A stretch of 49,574 nucleotides of DNA from Octopus sinensis. Its lineage: Eukaryota. The position numbers were made by a program, and so were the translations under genes. Shown one piece after another: positions 10,903 to 23,274 of the stretch. Location of the stretch: assembly GCF_006345805.1 (NCBI RefSeq), contig NW_021834407.1, forward strand, positions 1-49,574. The letters run 5' to 3'. Positions within the stretch are counted from its first letter, which is position 1, and each line of letters opens with the position of its first letter. Below the pieces are notes generated by a model that worked only from the letters and a program-made list of their open reading frames with translations, was not told the origin of the DNA and searched no databases.

Positions 10903-10909
10903 ATAGGCC

Positions 10910-11177
10910 ATCACTCACCTTCACGCGCTTTCAAGAATTTTTAGTCGAATGAACCGACTCCAGCACTTTTTTTTTCAAACCCGGTGCTTTCTCCGAACCG
11001 CTACGTTACAGACATAAACAAACCAACACCTGTTGTGATGCGGTGGTGAGGGACACACACACACACATACAGACAAACACAGACACACACACACACTACA
11101 CACACACATGCATACACACACTACACACACACCATGTGGCTAAGAAGTAAACTTCTTACTACACAGCCACGCCCGTG
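10910..11177 (-). mobile_element. degenerate SINE class B pieces
   Basis: CCGAACCGCTACGTTAC...AAACCAACAC and CCATGTGG...CACAGCCACGCC match B in reverse. Confidence 0.55.
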
Positions 11178-11228
11178 TTTATACATCCATCCATTCATAT
11201 AGATATGTGTATATATGTATACATACGT

Positions 11229-11288
<60 letters not shown>

Positions 11289-11291
11289 TAT

Positions 11292-11647
11292 GTAAGTTTA
11301 AAAATCTGCTGGATCTCATTCGTAAGGGAATCTTACATTGCTTATAAACTCAATATTTGGAAGGACTCATATTAAACTCTGTTGGGCTTTTGGACTTCAC
11401 TCAAAGGATATTGGATATTGCATGTATACCATTATGCCTATAAAATGGATTTTATACTTCAATATCCATACATATCTTGCATCTATTTTGTATCACTTCT
11501 AAACTAACTATGACTTCTCTCACACCGTCTCCGATGAAGGGATATGATTAATAAATATCCTAGAAACAGTTGTAAGACCTTCTAGCTATAAATGCTCTAA
11601 TGTCTACACAGCCTTGGTTTTTTTTTTATCTCATTACGCAAAAATTC
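11292..11647 (+). mobile_element. Penelope-like element 3' fragment (type 2) in (TA)n
   Basis: Flanked by (TA)n and contains a CCGATGA...GAAAC hammerhead-like terminal motif. Duplicated at 12907-13259. Confidence 0.55.
11527..11578 (+). ncRNA. type-I hammerhead ribozyme-like motif
   Basis: GUCU-CCGAUGA-A-GGGAUAU(loop)AUAUCCU-A-GAAAC(AGUU)GUA-AGAC: stem I 4 bp, stem II 7 bp, 2-bp stem III, GUA cleavage triplet, U4C core. Confidence 0.55.
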
Positions 11648-11659
11648 ATATATATATAT

Positions 11660-12020
11660 GACACCGGCCATGCTAGAGCACCACCTTTTGTCGAGCAAAT
11701 CGAGCCCAGGACTTATCTGTAAGCCTAGTACTTATTCTATCGGTTTCTTTTGCCGAACCGCCAAGTTACGGGGATGTAAACACACCAGCATCGGTTGTCA
11801 AGCGATGCTGGTGGGACAAACACAGACACACAAACATATACACATACATATATATATATATACGACGGGCTTCTTTCAGTTTCCAACTCACCACTCACAA
11901 GGCTTTGGTCGGCCCGTGGCTTTAGTAGAAGACACTTGCCCAAGGTGCCAGGCAATGGGACTGAACCCGGAACCATGTGGTTGGTAAGCAAGCTAATTAC
12001 CACACAGCCACTCCTGCGCC
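11660..12020 (-). mobile_element. SINE class B
   Basis: Reverse B consensus ending CACAGCCACTCCTGCGCC. Confidence 0.9.
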
Positions 12021-12022
12021 TA

Positions 12023-12067
<45 letters not shown>

Positions 12068-12872
12068 ATATATTTATATGTATATATACACATATACATA
12101 TGTATATACATGGTAAAACCACAAAAGATATGACATTCCAAATATGTCCCCCACCCTATATAAATTGACTGAACGTCTGTGCTATGTATGCTTTGAGTGA
12201 GTGGCCATTGTATTTACCAACTATGCATTCACTGGATTTTTACATGTGTATATAAAACGAAAGGGTGGAAAGACTTCGAGCGAATACACATGCGCGCGCA
12301 TATGTATGTCAGCGCACACATGACGGCATGCGTGCACATGGCATGAAAGCGTGTATGTGTCTTTATATAAACGCTGACAATGCATGATTGTAACATTGGG
12401 AACGAGAGAATGAAACTAATAGTGGAATATATTCTTCGTGTTTGCTGGATTAAAAAAAAAGGGTGGCTCCAGTCGTTGGAATGGAATGATCGGTGGCTGT
12501 TCTGCTGTTCTGTTATTATCTCAACTGATTCTATCAACATAACCACCTACCCGCGTACTTACATATGGGGTACATATGTTTTGGCATGGTGTAGGCGCTG
12601 TTTTATTCCCTGTTTCTTCTGTGTCTGTACAAACAGAAGCTCACCATACATTTCCAAATGCACACACATACACACCACACACACACACATACAGACAAAC
12701 ACAGACACACCCCACACTACACACCACATGCATACACACCTACAAACACACCACCATGTGGCTAAGAAGTAAACTTCTTACTACACAGCCACGCCCGTGT
12801 TTATACATCCATCCATTCATAAGATATGTGTATATATGTATACATACGTACACACACACAACACACACACAC

Positions 12873-12906
<34 letters not shown>

Positions 12907-12907
<1 letters not shown>

Positions 12908-13259
12908 GTAAGTTTAAAAATCTGCTGGATCTCATTCGTAAGGAATCTTACTTGCTTATAAACTCAATATTTGGAAGGACTCATATTAAACTCTGTTGGG
13001 CTTTTGGACTTCACTCAAAGGATATTGGATATTGCATGTATACCATTATGCCTATAAAATGGATTTTATACTTCAATATCCATACATATCTTGCATCTAT
13101 TTTGTATCACTTCTAACCTAACTATGACCCTCTACACCGTCTCCGATGAAGGGATTGATTAATAAATATCCTAGAAACAGTTGTAAGACCTTCTAGCTAT
13201 AACTGCTCTAATGTCTACACACAGCCTTGGTTTTTTTTTTATCTCATTACGCAAAAATT
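12907..13259 (+). mobile_element. duplicate of the Penelope-like fragment (type 2)
   Basis: Copy of 11292-11647 within the duplication. Confidence 0.55.
13139..13189 (+). ncRNA. hammerhead-like motif, duplicate copy
   Basis: Same as 11527-11578 with one base missing in stem II. Confidence 0.5.
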
Positions 13260-13271
13260 CATATATATATA

Positions 13272-13645
13272 TGACAACCGGCCATGCTAGAGCACCACCT
13301 TTTGTCGAGCAAATCGAGCCCAGGACTTATCTGTAAGCCTAGTACTTATTCTATCGGTTTCTTTTGCCGAACCGCCAAGTTACGGGGATGTAAACACACC
13401 AGCATCGGTTGTCAAGCGATGCTGGTGGGACAAACACAGACAACACAAACATACACATACATATATATATATATACGACGGGCTTCTTTAGTTTCCCAAC
13501 TCACCACTCACAAGGCTTTGGTCGGCCCGTGGCTTTAGTAGAAGACACTTGCCCAAGTGCCAGCAATGGGACTGAAGAGGGCGAACCCAACCCGGAACCA
13601 TGTTGGTTGGTAAGCAAGCTAATTACCACACAGCCCTCCTGCGCC
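13272..13645 (-). mobile_element. SINE class B (duplicate)
   Basis: Copy of 11660-12020. Confidence 0.9.
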
Positions 13646-13650
13646 TAATA

Positions 13651-13683
<33 letters not shown>

Positions 13684-14287
13684 CACAAACTACATATATT
13701 TATATGTATATATACACATATACATATTATATACATGGGTAAAAACCACAAAAGATATGACATTCCAAATATGTCCCCCACCCTATATAAATTGACTGAA
13801 CGTCTGTGCTATGTATGCTTGGATGAGTGGCCATTGTATTTACCAACTAATGCATTCACTGGATTTTTACATGTGTATATAAAACGAAAGGTGGAAAGAC
13901 TTCGAGCGAATACACATGCGCGCGCATATGTATGTCAGCGCACACATGACGGCATGCGTGCACATGGCATGAAAGCGTGTATGTGTCTTAATATAAACGC
14001 TGACAAGCATGATTGTAACATTGGGAACGAGAGAATGAAACTAATAGTGGAATATATTCTTCGTGTTTGCTGGATTAAAAAAAAAGGGTGGCTCCAGTCG
14101 TTGGAATGGAATGATCGGTGGCTGTTCTGCTGTTCTGTTATTATCTCAACTGATTCTATCAACATAACCACCTACCCGCGTACTTACATATGGGGTACAT
14201 ATGTTTTGGCATGGTGTAGGCGCTGTTTTATTCCCTGTTTCTTCTGTGTCTGTACAAACAGAAGCTCACCATACATTTCCAAATGCA

Positions 14288-14327
<40 letters not shown>

Positions 14328-14655
14328 CACACACACGCACACACACACACGTATACACATACACGTATACATACACACACGTATACACACCTGCGTGACC
14401 GCACACACACACACACGCACACACACAACGTATACACATACACGTATACATACACACACGTATACACACCTGCGTGACCGCACACACACACACAACACAC
14501 GTATACACACCTGCGTGACCGCACACACATACACACACACACGTATACACACACAGTATGGATGTGTCTCTCTGAATGGGTTCTGATACGTAAACTCCCA
14601 ACTCAGAAGCATAAAGTCTGTCTGTTAGTCTCTCTCCTCTCTCTCTCTCTCTCTG

Positions 14656-14702
<47 letters not shown>

Positions 14703-14713
14703 ATATATATATC

Positions 14714-14787
<74 letters not shown>

Positions 14788-14802
14788 ATGTATGTATCTC
14801 TC

Positions 14803-14836
<34 letters not shown>

Positions 14837-14884
14837 ACGCTCTCTGTAATACAAGAAAAATATGTGACAGCCATTATTTATACC

Positions 14885-15028
14885 TGGTTGTGTGGTAATA
14901 AACTTGCTTCCCAACCACGTGGTCCCAGGTTCAGTCCCACGGCGTAGCACCTTGGGCAAGTATCTTCTGTAGTCTCGAACCGATCAAAGCCTTGCGAGTG
15001 GATACGGTAGACGGAAACGGAAAGAAGC

Positions 15029-15059
<31 letters not shown>

Positions 15060-15315
15060 TGTATGTATGTATGTATGTATGTATGTATGTATGTATATAT
15101 ATATATGTATGTATGTACGTGTGTGTATGTGCGTGTTTGTCTCCCCCCACCCAACATCACTTGACAACTAATGTTGTTGTGTTTACGTCTCCGTAACATT
15201 AGCGGTTCGGCAAAAGAAACCGACAGAATACGTATGAGGCTTACAATAAATAATTTCTGGGGGTTAATTCGTTCGATTAAATGCGGTTCTCCAGCATGGC
15301 CGCAGTTAAAATGAC
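14885..15315 (+). mobile_element. SINE class B with internal (TATG)n
   Basis: B consensus, diverged. Confidence 0.85.
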
Positions 15316-15565
15316 ATCTCTGTCGTATGGCTTTATTTCCACACGCCAGCTTAATTTAATTCGCTCTTAGTCGAAAGACACATGTTGTTATGTCCTGTTA
15401 TTATTATTTTTATTGTATTTGTGTAACATTCTCCGTTTTTTTTCGTCCTTGTTTTCGTATACATTTGCTACTTTCTTCCAAAGAATCTAATGCTCTTAGC
15501 TTAGTTTTTCCTTGGGGCTGGCCAGATTGGAGCAATCTCGAGTATCAACAGCCGAAATTACGGCC

Positions 15566-16061
15566 AAGGTCAAAGAGAACTGCTTGACGGAGGCGAAGAA
15601 GCTCTTGAACAAGCTGAAGTATTCTCTTGAGCCAGAGATGATCTGGTTCTTCTCAGATGACAAGAAAGTGTGCCAGGACGCATTGCACCACGAACCAAAG
15701 GGTTTCTTGTCTACAACCGATGTGATGTCCAACGTATCATGAAAACCAAGTTCCCCAAATTAGGATAGACTTTGGGATCATTCCCAGTGTGGTTGACGTC
15801 ATGCCGCCCCACATCTTTGAACAAGGCCTTAAGCCCAATTCAAGTAGCTATGTGAAGCTGCTAGAGACTGCGGTGAAACTCTGGTTGAAGAAAGTTGCTG
15901 CCAAGGGGCGCTGTGTGGCAGCAGGATTCTGCTTCCCGCCATATCTCCGGAAAGTGTCAGCTTTCTGGCTTCCTAATTCCCTCAATTGTAATCCCATGGG
16001 TTACTATGCGCGGGGAACGTTTGAGTTAGATACCGACAGCTCTGCTTGCAACATGAGGGTC
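15566..16061 (+). pseudogene. Tc1/mariner superfamily transposase remnant, maT/DD37D-like
   Basis: Across frameshifts: KLLNKLK..IWFFSDDK (D1, 15650-15661), MKTKFP, DVMPPHIFEQGL, WQQDSA (D2, 15916-15933), WLPNSLNCNPMGYY (WPxNSPDxNPxDY motif with D3 mutated). Confidence 0.8.
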
Positions 16062-16240
16062 GAGTGAGAGAAAGGTGGGGCGAAAGAGTACAACAAGGGT
16101 CGCCACCCCCCCTGCCGGAGACTCGTGGCGTTTTTAGGTGTTTTCGCTCAATAAACACACACAACGTCCGATCCGGGAATCGAAACCGCGATCCTATGAC
16201 CGCGAGTCCGCTGCCCTAACCACTGGGCCATTGCGCCCCC
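16062..16240 (-). mobile_element. SINE class A, 3'-truncated
   Basis: A head and body in reverse. Confidence 0.85.
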
Positions 16241-17194
16241 AAACACACACACACACTCACACACACCCACACATATATATCCACACTCAAGTATTGTACA
16301 CACACACACACACATATACACGTGAGTGTATATGTTTGTATGACTACATCTAATGCCTGTGTATGTGTATATGATGTGCTTGCGTTGACTGGTGTATAAG
16401 AGAGTCTGAATAAAAGCAAGTTCTATATGTCTATATATACATGTGTGTATTTGCACATGTATGTATGTATAAACATGTGTATATAACATGCAGCATCAAT
16501 AAAGCCGTTGTTTTGTGAAAGAGTTATTACAGCCTGTTCTCAGCGTGTTGTCATTAGAGGGGGAGACGGGTGTTGTTACTCGGTAAATAAATTTAGCAAA
16601 TACATAACAGTGAACAGACCGGGAACACACCACGCAGGCATGTATATGTTGTGTCTGCATATTCATACGTCCACATATAGAAAAGCATATGTACACACTA
16701 GTATGGAAACGTAAAAAATAACAAGAGAATAACATGAATGATAAAATATATATAAAATGATATATTAGGGTGACGCCCAAAGAATAAGTAATTTCTTTAA
16801 CGTTTCGGAAGAAAACCATTCACCAAAATGATGAACCATACTCTTTTTCTCTCTTGCTCTCTTTCTCTGTTGCTCTCTTTCTCTGTTGCTCTCTTTCTCT
16901 CTCTCTCTGTTGCTCTCTATCTCTGTTTTTCTCTCTGTTGTTTTCTCTCTCTCTCACTGTTGTTCTCTCTCTCTCTCTCTCTCACTGTTGTTCTCTCTCT
17001 CTCTCTCTGTTGTTCTGTCTTATTTTGTTTGTTTGTTTGTTTCTTTCTTTCTCTCTCTCTCTCTCTCTCTCTCTTGCTCCCCCTCTCTCTCTATTTTATC
17101 TTTTCTTTCTGAAGATAGTCCAAAACCCGCAACGTCAAGAATCTCCTTACTAGTTCGAGTACTCCTCTCAAGGTTTAAACTAGTGCTGTATTCG

Positions 17195-17278
17195 TCGTAC
17201 CAGTCGTGCACTGGGGTCTATGTATCCAACTTGCTCCTCCACCCAAAATTGCTGGCCTTGTGCCAAAATTTAAAACAA
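17195..17278 (+). mobile_element. SINE class C variant, 3' fragment
   Basis: GTACCAGTCGTGCACTGGGGTC...AAAATTGCTGGCCTTGTGCCAAAATTT, also seen near 37140-37215 and 20480-20510. Confidence 0.55.
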
Positions 17279-17327
17279 TTATTATTATTGTTGTTTCTTA
17301 TTTTAATGATAGCGATGGTGGTGGTAG

Positions 17328-17361
<34 letters not shown>

Positions 17362-17609
17362 AATGTCAATGATGATGATGATAACGATGTAGTTACCATT
17401 TAATTCCAGATCCGTACAGAGCAAGCAGTGTTAAGCACAAATGCTAAATCATTCTGTTCACCTCCATCATTTATAGTCTTTTGTTTTACGTTATAAAATG
17501 TTTAATTCTGTCTTTCATTTCAAAAGACGTCTCGAACATGCTGTTTGAAGAAAATGTAACTTCTATTTCTAGAAGATCAACCAGTCACGTTTGACGCTTC
17601 ACAGTGCAG

Positions 17610-18200
17610 TTTTAATGATGCTGGTGGCAGTGGTAGTGGTAATGGTGGTGGCGGTAGTGGTGTTGGTGGGAAGTAGTGGTGATGGTGGTCATGGTAGTGG
17701 TGATGGTGGCGGTGGTAGTGGTAATGTGGTGATGGTGGTGGTGTTAATGTGGCGGTAGTAGTGGTAATGTGGTGGTGGTAGTGGTAATGTGGTGATGGTA
17801 GTGGTGATAGTGATGGTGGTAGTGGTGATAGTAATGGTGGTGGTGGTAGTGTGATGGTGGTTGTGGCAGTGGTGATGGTGGCAGTAGTAGTGGAGATGGT
17901 GGTGGTGGTAGAGGTGATGGTGGTTGTGGCAGTGGTGATGGTGGCAGTAGTAGTGGAGATTGTGGTGGTGGTAGAGGTGATGGTGGTAGTGGTGATGGTA
18001 GTGGTGGTAGTGGTGATGGTGTTGGTGGCAGCGGTAGTGGTAATGGTTGTAGTGATGGTAGTGGTGGTAGTGGTAATCATAGTACTTGTGATTGCGGTGG
18101 TAGCGTTGTCAGTAGTCGTCGTTGTGGCGATGGTAGTGGCGATGGTGGTTGTAATGGTAGTAGGGTGGTAGTGGTGGTGATGGGTTGGTGTGGGGGGTGC
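17610..18200. repeat. degenerate (GGT/AGT/GAT)n trinucleotide tract
   Basis: Directly visible; gives poly-V/T pseudo-ORFs. Confidence 0.9.
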
Positions 18201-18436
18201 AACATATTCGGTTAAAACGCTGTCCCGTACAAATAACATGTAAAATGGAACTAACCTGATGTGATTCGATTTCGGGGCGTAAAGGGTCGCAGCTAAATAC
18301 CTAAGCCCCGTGTTTAATATGCAATATGGACGAAAACAAAACTAACAGACTGATACCTATAAATAATTCCGCTCACACACGTTATAATACAAACATTTGT
18401 CGCTGGTTTCCGTTGCAGCTGCTACAAGAGATACAG

Positions 18437-18439
<3 letters not shown>

Positions 18440-18475
<36 letters not shown>

Positions 18476-18718
18476 ACAACAACAACAGCAGCAGTAGCAG
18501 TAGCAGCAGCAGCAACAGTGGCTACAAGAATAAAAAAACAGCTACAACAATAGCTACAACATGTAAAAAAAAAACCGAAAAGCAACAACGGGGATAGTAA
18601 CATAAAAAATAACATCAACGGTAACAATACCTACAACAACAACAACAACAACCGTCATAATAATAATAATAATGATAATAATAATAATAATAAAATAATA
18701 ATAATAATAATAATAATG

Positions 18719-18770
<52 letters not shown>

Positions 18771-18863
18771 TAATAATAATAATGATAATAATGATAATAA
18801 TAATAATATAATAATAATATAATAATAATAATAATAATGATAATTAATAAATAAACAATAATG

Positions 18864-18896
<33 letters not shown>

Positions 18897-18935
18897 TAAT
18901 AATAATAATAATAATGATAATAATAATAATTATAA
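18440..18935. repeat. (CAA/CAG)n then long (TAA)n
   Basis: Directly visible. Confidence 0.95.
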
Positions 18936-18941
18936 TCCTTC

Positions 18942-19263
18942 TGCCCTGATGCAGTACCAGGCAGTGGCTCTCATGGCTTCTGATCTTAACTGATTAGAAA
19001 TGTCATCATATACATTGTTTTGTCTTGGTATAAAAGATGGGCTACAGCAAATATTCTGCTCAATACCACGAGTTTGCTTGTCAGTTGTTTGACCTAACCA
19101 GTTGAGCATTGTCCCTAGTGGCTGACGATATGTGCATCTCTGATCACGAGCAGAAGTAGTGGGGGAGCATCATAGCTATGTGTTGACTTCTTTGGGGTTT
19201 GAATAATTCACCTCCGGAAACATGGGTGTTTCTTTCAACATCCTTAATCAACCCTTATTCAGG
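18942..19263. mobile_element. partial copy of the (TAA)n-associated 555-bp element
   Basis: Homologous to 30368-~30695 and begins at the same TGCCCTGA terminus next to (TAA)n. Confidence 0.75.
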
Positions 19264-19274
19264 TTGTGAAAAAT

Positions 19275-19370
19275 AAAATCGACTTCGGCCGCATTTGAAC
19301 TAAGAACGTAAAGACAGACAAATGGCCGGTAAGCATTTCGCCCAGCGTGCTAACGATTCTGCAAGCTAAC
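19275..19370 (-). mobile_element. SINE class C head fragment
   Basis: GCATTTCGCCCAGCGTGCTAACGATTCTGC is the reverse C head. Confidence 0.7.
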
Positions 19371-19500
19371 GGTGTTGTTTTGTCAGTGTTTGTGTTACTA
19401 GTTTTTTTCTTTTTGCTTTTGTTGTTCTTGTGTGTGATTTATTTTTATATTGTTGTTGTTAGACTTCGCCTTTCATTCTGTCCGATGTCGATAAAACAAG

Positions 19501-19570
19501 TACAGTAACGCCTCGATATACGAATTAATTTGTGCCTGGAGATCGCTCGTAAAGCAGAGCAATAGTTTCT
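19501..19570 (+). mobile_element. Tigger/pogo-like terminal inverted repeat remnant
   Basis: TA-CAGTAACGCCTCGATATACGAATTAATT resembles Tigger-type termini; similar to 34321. Confidence 0.4.
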
Positions 19571-19636
19571 CATAGTAGCAATGACATTTTGTGCCGTCAT
19601 TTTATCTCGTCACCTCGTACAATCATCAGAGCCAGG

Positions 19637-19698
19637 GTTGCCACATGTTGCGACGTTACCACATGTTACGACGTTACCACATATTGCGATGTTGACAC
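19637..19698. repeat. 18-bp minisatellite x3.5 (GTTRCCACATGTTRCGAC)
   Basis: Units at 19637, 19655 and 19673, plus a partial unit at 19691. Confidence 0.85.
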
Positions 19699-19736
19699 AC
19701 AAAAAATGGCTGCTTAATCTTTCTATATATATATAT

Positions 19737-20358
19737 CTCTTTTTACTCTTTACTCTTTTACTTGTTTCAGTCATTTGACTGCGGTCATGCTGGAGTACCG
19801 CCTTTAGTCGAGCTAATCGCCCTCAGGACTTATTCTTTGAAAGCCTAGTACTTATTCTATCGGCTCTTTTGCCGAACCGCTAAGTGACGAGGACGTAAAC
19901 ACACCAGCAACGATTGTCAAGCAATGTTGGGGGGACAAACACAGATACACAAGTACACACACACACAACCACACACACACACATACATAATACATACATA
20001 CATACATACATACACACAAACAAACATATTATATATATATATATATATATTATATATATGTATATACATATATATACATATATAATATATATATATATAT
20101 GTATATATATATGTATATATATATAATATATATATATATATATTATATATATATATATATAGATATATAATACACATATATATATATATATACACACGAC
20201 GGGCTTTTTTCAGTTCCGTCTACCAAATCCACTCACAAGGCTTTGATCGGCCCGAGGCTATAGTAGAAGACACTTGCCTAAGGTGCCACGCAGTGGGACT
20301 GAAACTGGAACCATGTGGTTGGTAAGCAAACTACTTACTACACACCCACTCCTACGCC
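19737..20358 (-). mobile_element. SINE class B with expanded internal microsatellite
   Basis: Reverse B consensus; internal CA/CATA/TA tract of about 260 bp. Confidence 0.9.
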
Positions 20359-20895
20359 TTATAAACTAAAACTCGTAAACACAGGATTTCGTAAAACGGG
20401 TCCTCGTAAAGTGATGTATTACAGTAGCTGTCAAGTGCTGGGGGGGGGGCGATGTAATCGACTTACAGGCTTCTATGAAATTGCTGGCCTTGTACCAGAG
20501 TTTGAAACCAATGACAATAGCGATAACAATAACCGCATTCAACACGTAAAATAAACAAAAGAAACAGCAACGATATCAATTTATTGCAAACACATAAATC
20601 AACAAATCTGGAGTGGTGGTGGAGGTGGTGGAGGTCACGGCGGATTATGTGAATAACAACAACAACAGTAATGGCGACGCAAACAGCAGTCATAGATAAG
20701 CATTCTTAACAGCATTAATAACAACAATGTCGGTAATACAAATTTACATTTTTGGATACGTGTTTGTGTACTGTTAAAAAAATATCCTCCACCTTGATTT
20801 CCAGTTCATTTTGTCTGTCTGTCTGTCTGTCTGTCTATGTATGTATGTATGTATGTATGTATCTATCTATCTATCTATCTAACTAACTATCTATC

Positions 20896-23131
20896 GTGCC
20901 GGGCCGGACCATCCATGACAACCTCCACCTGATGCGCTACATCATAGACAGGGTAGTTAACGAACCTGGCATGGGTGGGGCGCTGATCAATTTGGATCAA
21001 TCGAAAGCTTTCGATAGGGTAGACAATCGATACTTGGAAGCGGTCCTCAGAGCGGCAGGCTTCGGTCCCGTCTTCCGCGGCTGGATAGCCGCTTTGTACA
21101 GAGGCATCCGTTCGGTAATTCCGCGTGAATGACATCTATCGAGACCCTTCGACATCGCACGTTCGGTCCGTCAGGGAGCCCCTCTCGTCGCTTCTATACG
21201 TATTGACTCTCGAGCCATTATTGCGGAAGCTGGCAACTTTGAGGGGCATCCCGCGAGAACTGGGATGCGGGCCGAGCGTTCTGCCATACGCGGACGACGT
21301 CCCCGTCATAGTGTCTAGCAACGAGCACATCGAGCAGGTCGGCGAGACACTGAAAAACTACGAAGCGGTGACAGGAGCGAAAATCAACGCGGAAAAGTCA
21401 GTGGGCTTGCGACTAGGCACCTGGAGAACAAGCCCTGCCGTCCACCAGCGCCTCCGTCGTGGGACGCTGGACCGACGGCCGGTTGAGTTGCTCGGGGTCT
21501 GGTTTGGTCCTGGACCTCCAAGTGGAGAAGAACTGGAACGAGATAACGAGTAGGGTGGTCACTCTCGCCCGGCAATGGGCCGAGAGGAAACTGTCCCTAA
21601 AAGGTCGGGCGGAGGTTGCGAACACGTACATCGCGTCCGTCATCTACTACCGCCTGACCGTCGTACCTTGTCCCGACCCTACCATCACCAAACTACAACG
21701 CATTCTCTTTCGCTTCTTGTGGAAAGGATGCGTCCCGATGGTCAGGCGATCCATTGCTGTCAACACCCGTTAAAGGGGGCTGGGCATGCCGTGGTTGATG
21801 ATGCGCAGACACGCGCTGAGACTGCGACATCTCTGGCTCTATGTAGACGACGGTGAACAGGTGTGGTCGCCGTTTGTGAGGCACGCTTTCCCGCAGCTCG
21901 TCTCCATGACCGAACTGCAGTCGTGGATCAAAAACGAGGCCGAGGAAGGGCGATTGGCACCGCGATGTCGCGTTGCTCTCAAGCAACTCTGCCGTCCCGG
22001 GTCGACCTTGAGTGACTTCAACACAACCAAAGCAGTCTATAGGGGATTAGTGGAGGGGAGGTACGACAACGAGCTCGGGGCGAACCTGGACGTCGACGAG
22101 GAGTACCTGACCCGCCTGTTCAGGACGACTTTCGGGCCAGGGCCCATGGACAACTTCCAGAGATCCCTGGCCTGGCAGTGCTACCGAGAAGCGCTACCCG
22201 TTCGGGATAAGCTCTACAGACACGGCTCGAGAAACACGGGGCCGACCTGCCCAAGATGCGGTCAGAGCGACGAAACCGTTCTGCACGCACTCGTGCAGTG
22301 TCCAACAATTTCCGACCTGTGGGCTTATGTCGAACGACTGCTGTCACGTGTGGGACGAGTCGGTTTATCAGCCGAGTCTATCGTCAACATCGTCCCGCCT
22401 CCTTCCTTCAAACGGGAAGGAAGAGCTATTTTCATCCTCCTTGTGGCTATGGCGAAAGAATGTATCTGGTGGACGCGTCTGAAAGGATTGGAGACAAACA
22501 CTTTCCTCTCTGGTCAATCTCTCATCAACTTCTTCAAGTACCACTTGAAAAGAAAGTGAGAGTGAGAGGCATTTTTGTCTAGCGAATGTTTTAAAAAAGA
22601 TGGGTGAATGTAGCAAGGATGGCACGTATGAATGACCGAAGCCACCTTGAGCAGAATCCTATGAACCCAGAAATTGAAAACAGAGGGTTACCCACTTGCA
22701 AACAAATGTGGTACATATAACCATATTGACCAAGGTTACGTGGTCTTTTTCGTAGGCTTTTCTTCCCACGGATAAACCTTACTTGCTTTCCCCTTTACAC
22801 CATATATCATAACACTGTGATACACGATCCCTATTGATCGTTCTTTTTTTTCCTCTTCCCCTTTTTTTCCCTTTTTTCTTCTTTTTCATTTCTCTTTCTT
22901 TTGTTCCTTTTCCTTTTCTTTTTTTTTTCTTTTATTCTTTTTATTTTATTCAATTTTTTTTTTGTTTTTTTTTGTTTTTGTTTTTTTCCCCCTTTTACGA
23001 TCCCTCTTGATCGAAAACCTACGCCACCCCTTTTTTTTCTTTTGTTTTTTGTTCTCTTCATCCCCAAAAGAAAAGCTCTACCTTGTAACTTGTCCCATCT
23101 GTGTGCAGCCCTGTGTGGCCAATAAAGAAAC
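20896..23131 (+). mobile_element. L1/Tx1-clade non-LTR retrotransposon, 5'-truncated copy 2 (RT plus zinc knuckle)
   Basis: RT motifs LDQSKAFDRV, VRQG-PLS and YADD; HPLKGGLGMP; CPRCGQSDETVLHALVQC (CX2CX8HX4C). Frameshifted. 3' UTR ends AATAAAGAAAC directly into (TATC)n. 5' flank is (TGTC)n(TATG)n(TATC)n. Confidence 0.92.
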
Positions 23132-23174
<43 letters not shown>

Positions 23175-23233
23175 CCTACCTCCTATCTATCTATACTATC
23201 TATTCATCTATCTATCTATCTATCTATCTATCT

Positions 23234-23264
<31 letters not shown>

Positions 23265-23274
23265 ATCTATCTAT

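Larger units (their letters stand above)
11055..14300. repeat. tandem duplication, two ~1.62-kb units (about 11055-12676 and 12677-14300)
   Basis: Anchors are offset by 1622-1625 bp (e.g. CCATGTGGCTAAGAAG at 11132 and 12754). Breakpoints lie in (CA)n. Differences are mostly 1-bp indels. Confidence 0.9.

Noticed and set aside
13600-14586. 328-aa ORF
   Set aside because: Chimeric read-through of SINE head, (TA)n, unique DNA and (CA)n; the frame is not preserved in the duplicate unit.
17577-18239. 220-aa Thr/His/Pro-rich mucin-like ORF
   Set aside because: Degenerate (GGT/AGT)n repeat; open in several frames, with no splice or domain evidence.
18256-18356. Minus-strand exon candidate with a CAG|GTTAGT donor
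   Set aside because: All three frames from the best acceptor contain stops unless an indel is assumed.
18326-18597. Poly-Gln ORF
   Set aside because: (CAA/CAG)n microsatellite with unremarkable flanks.
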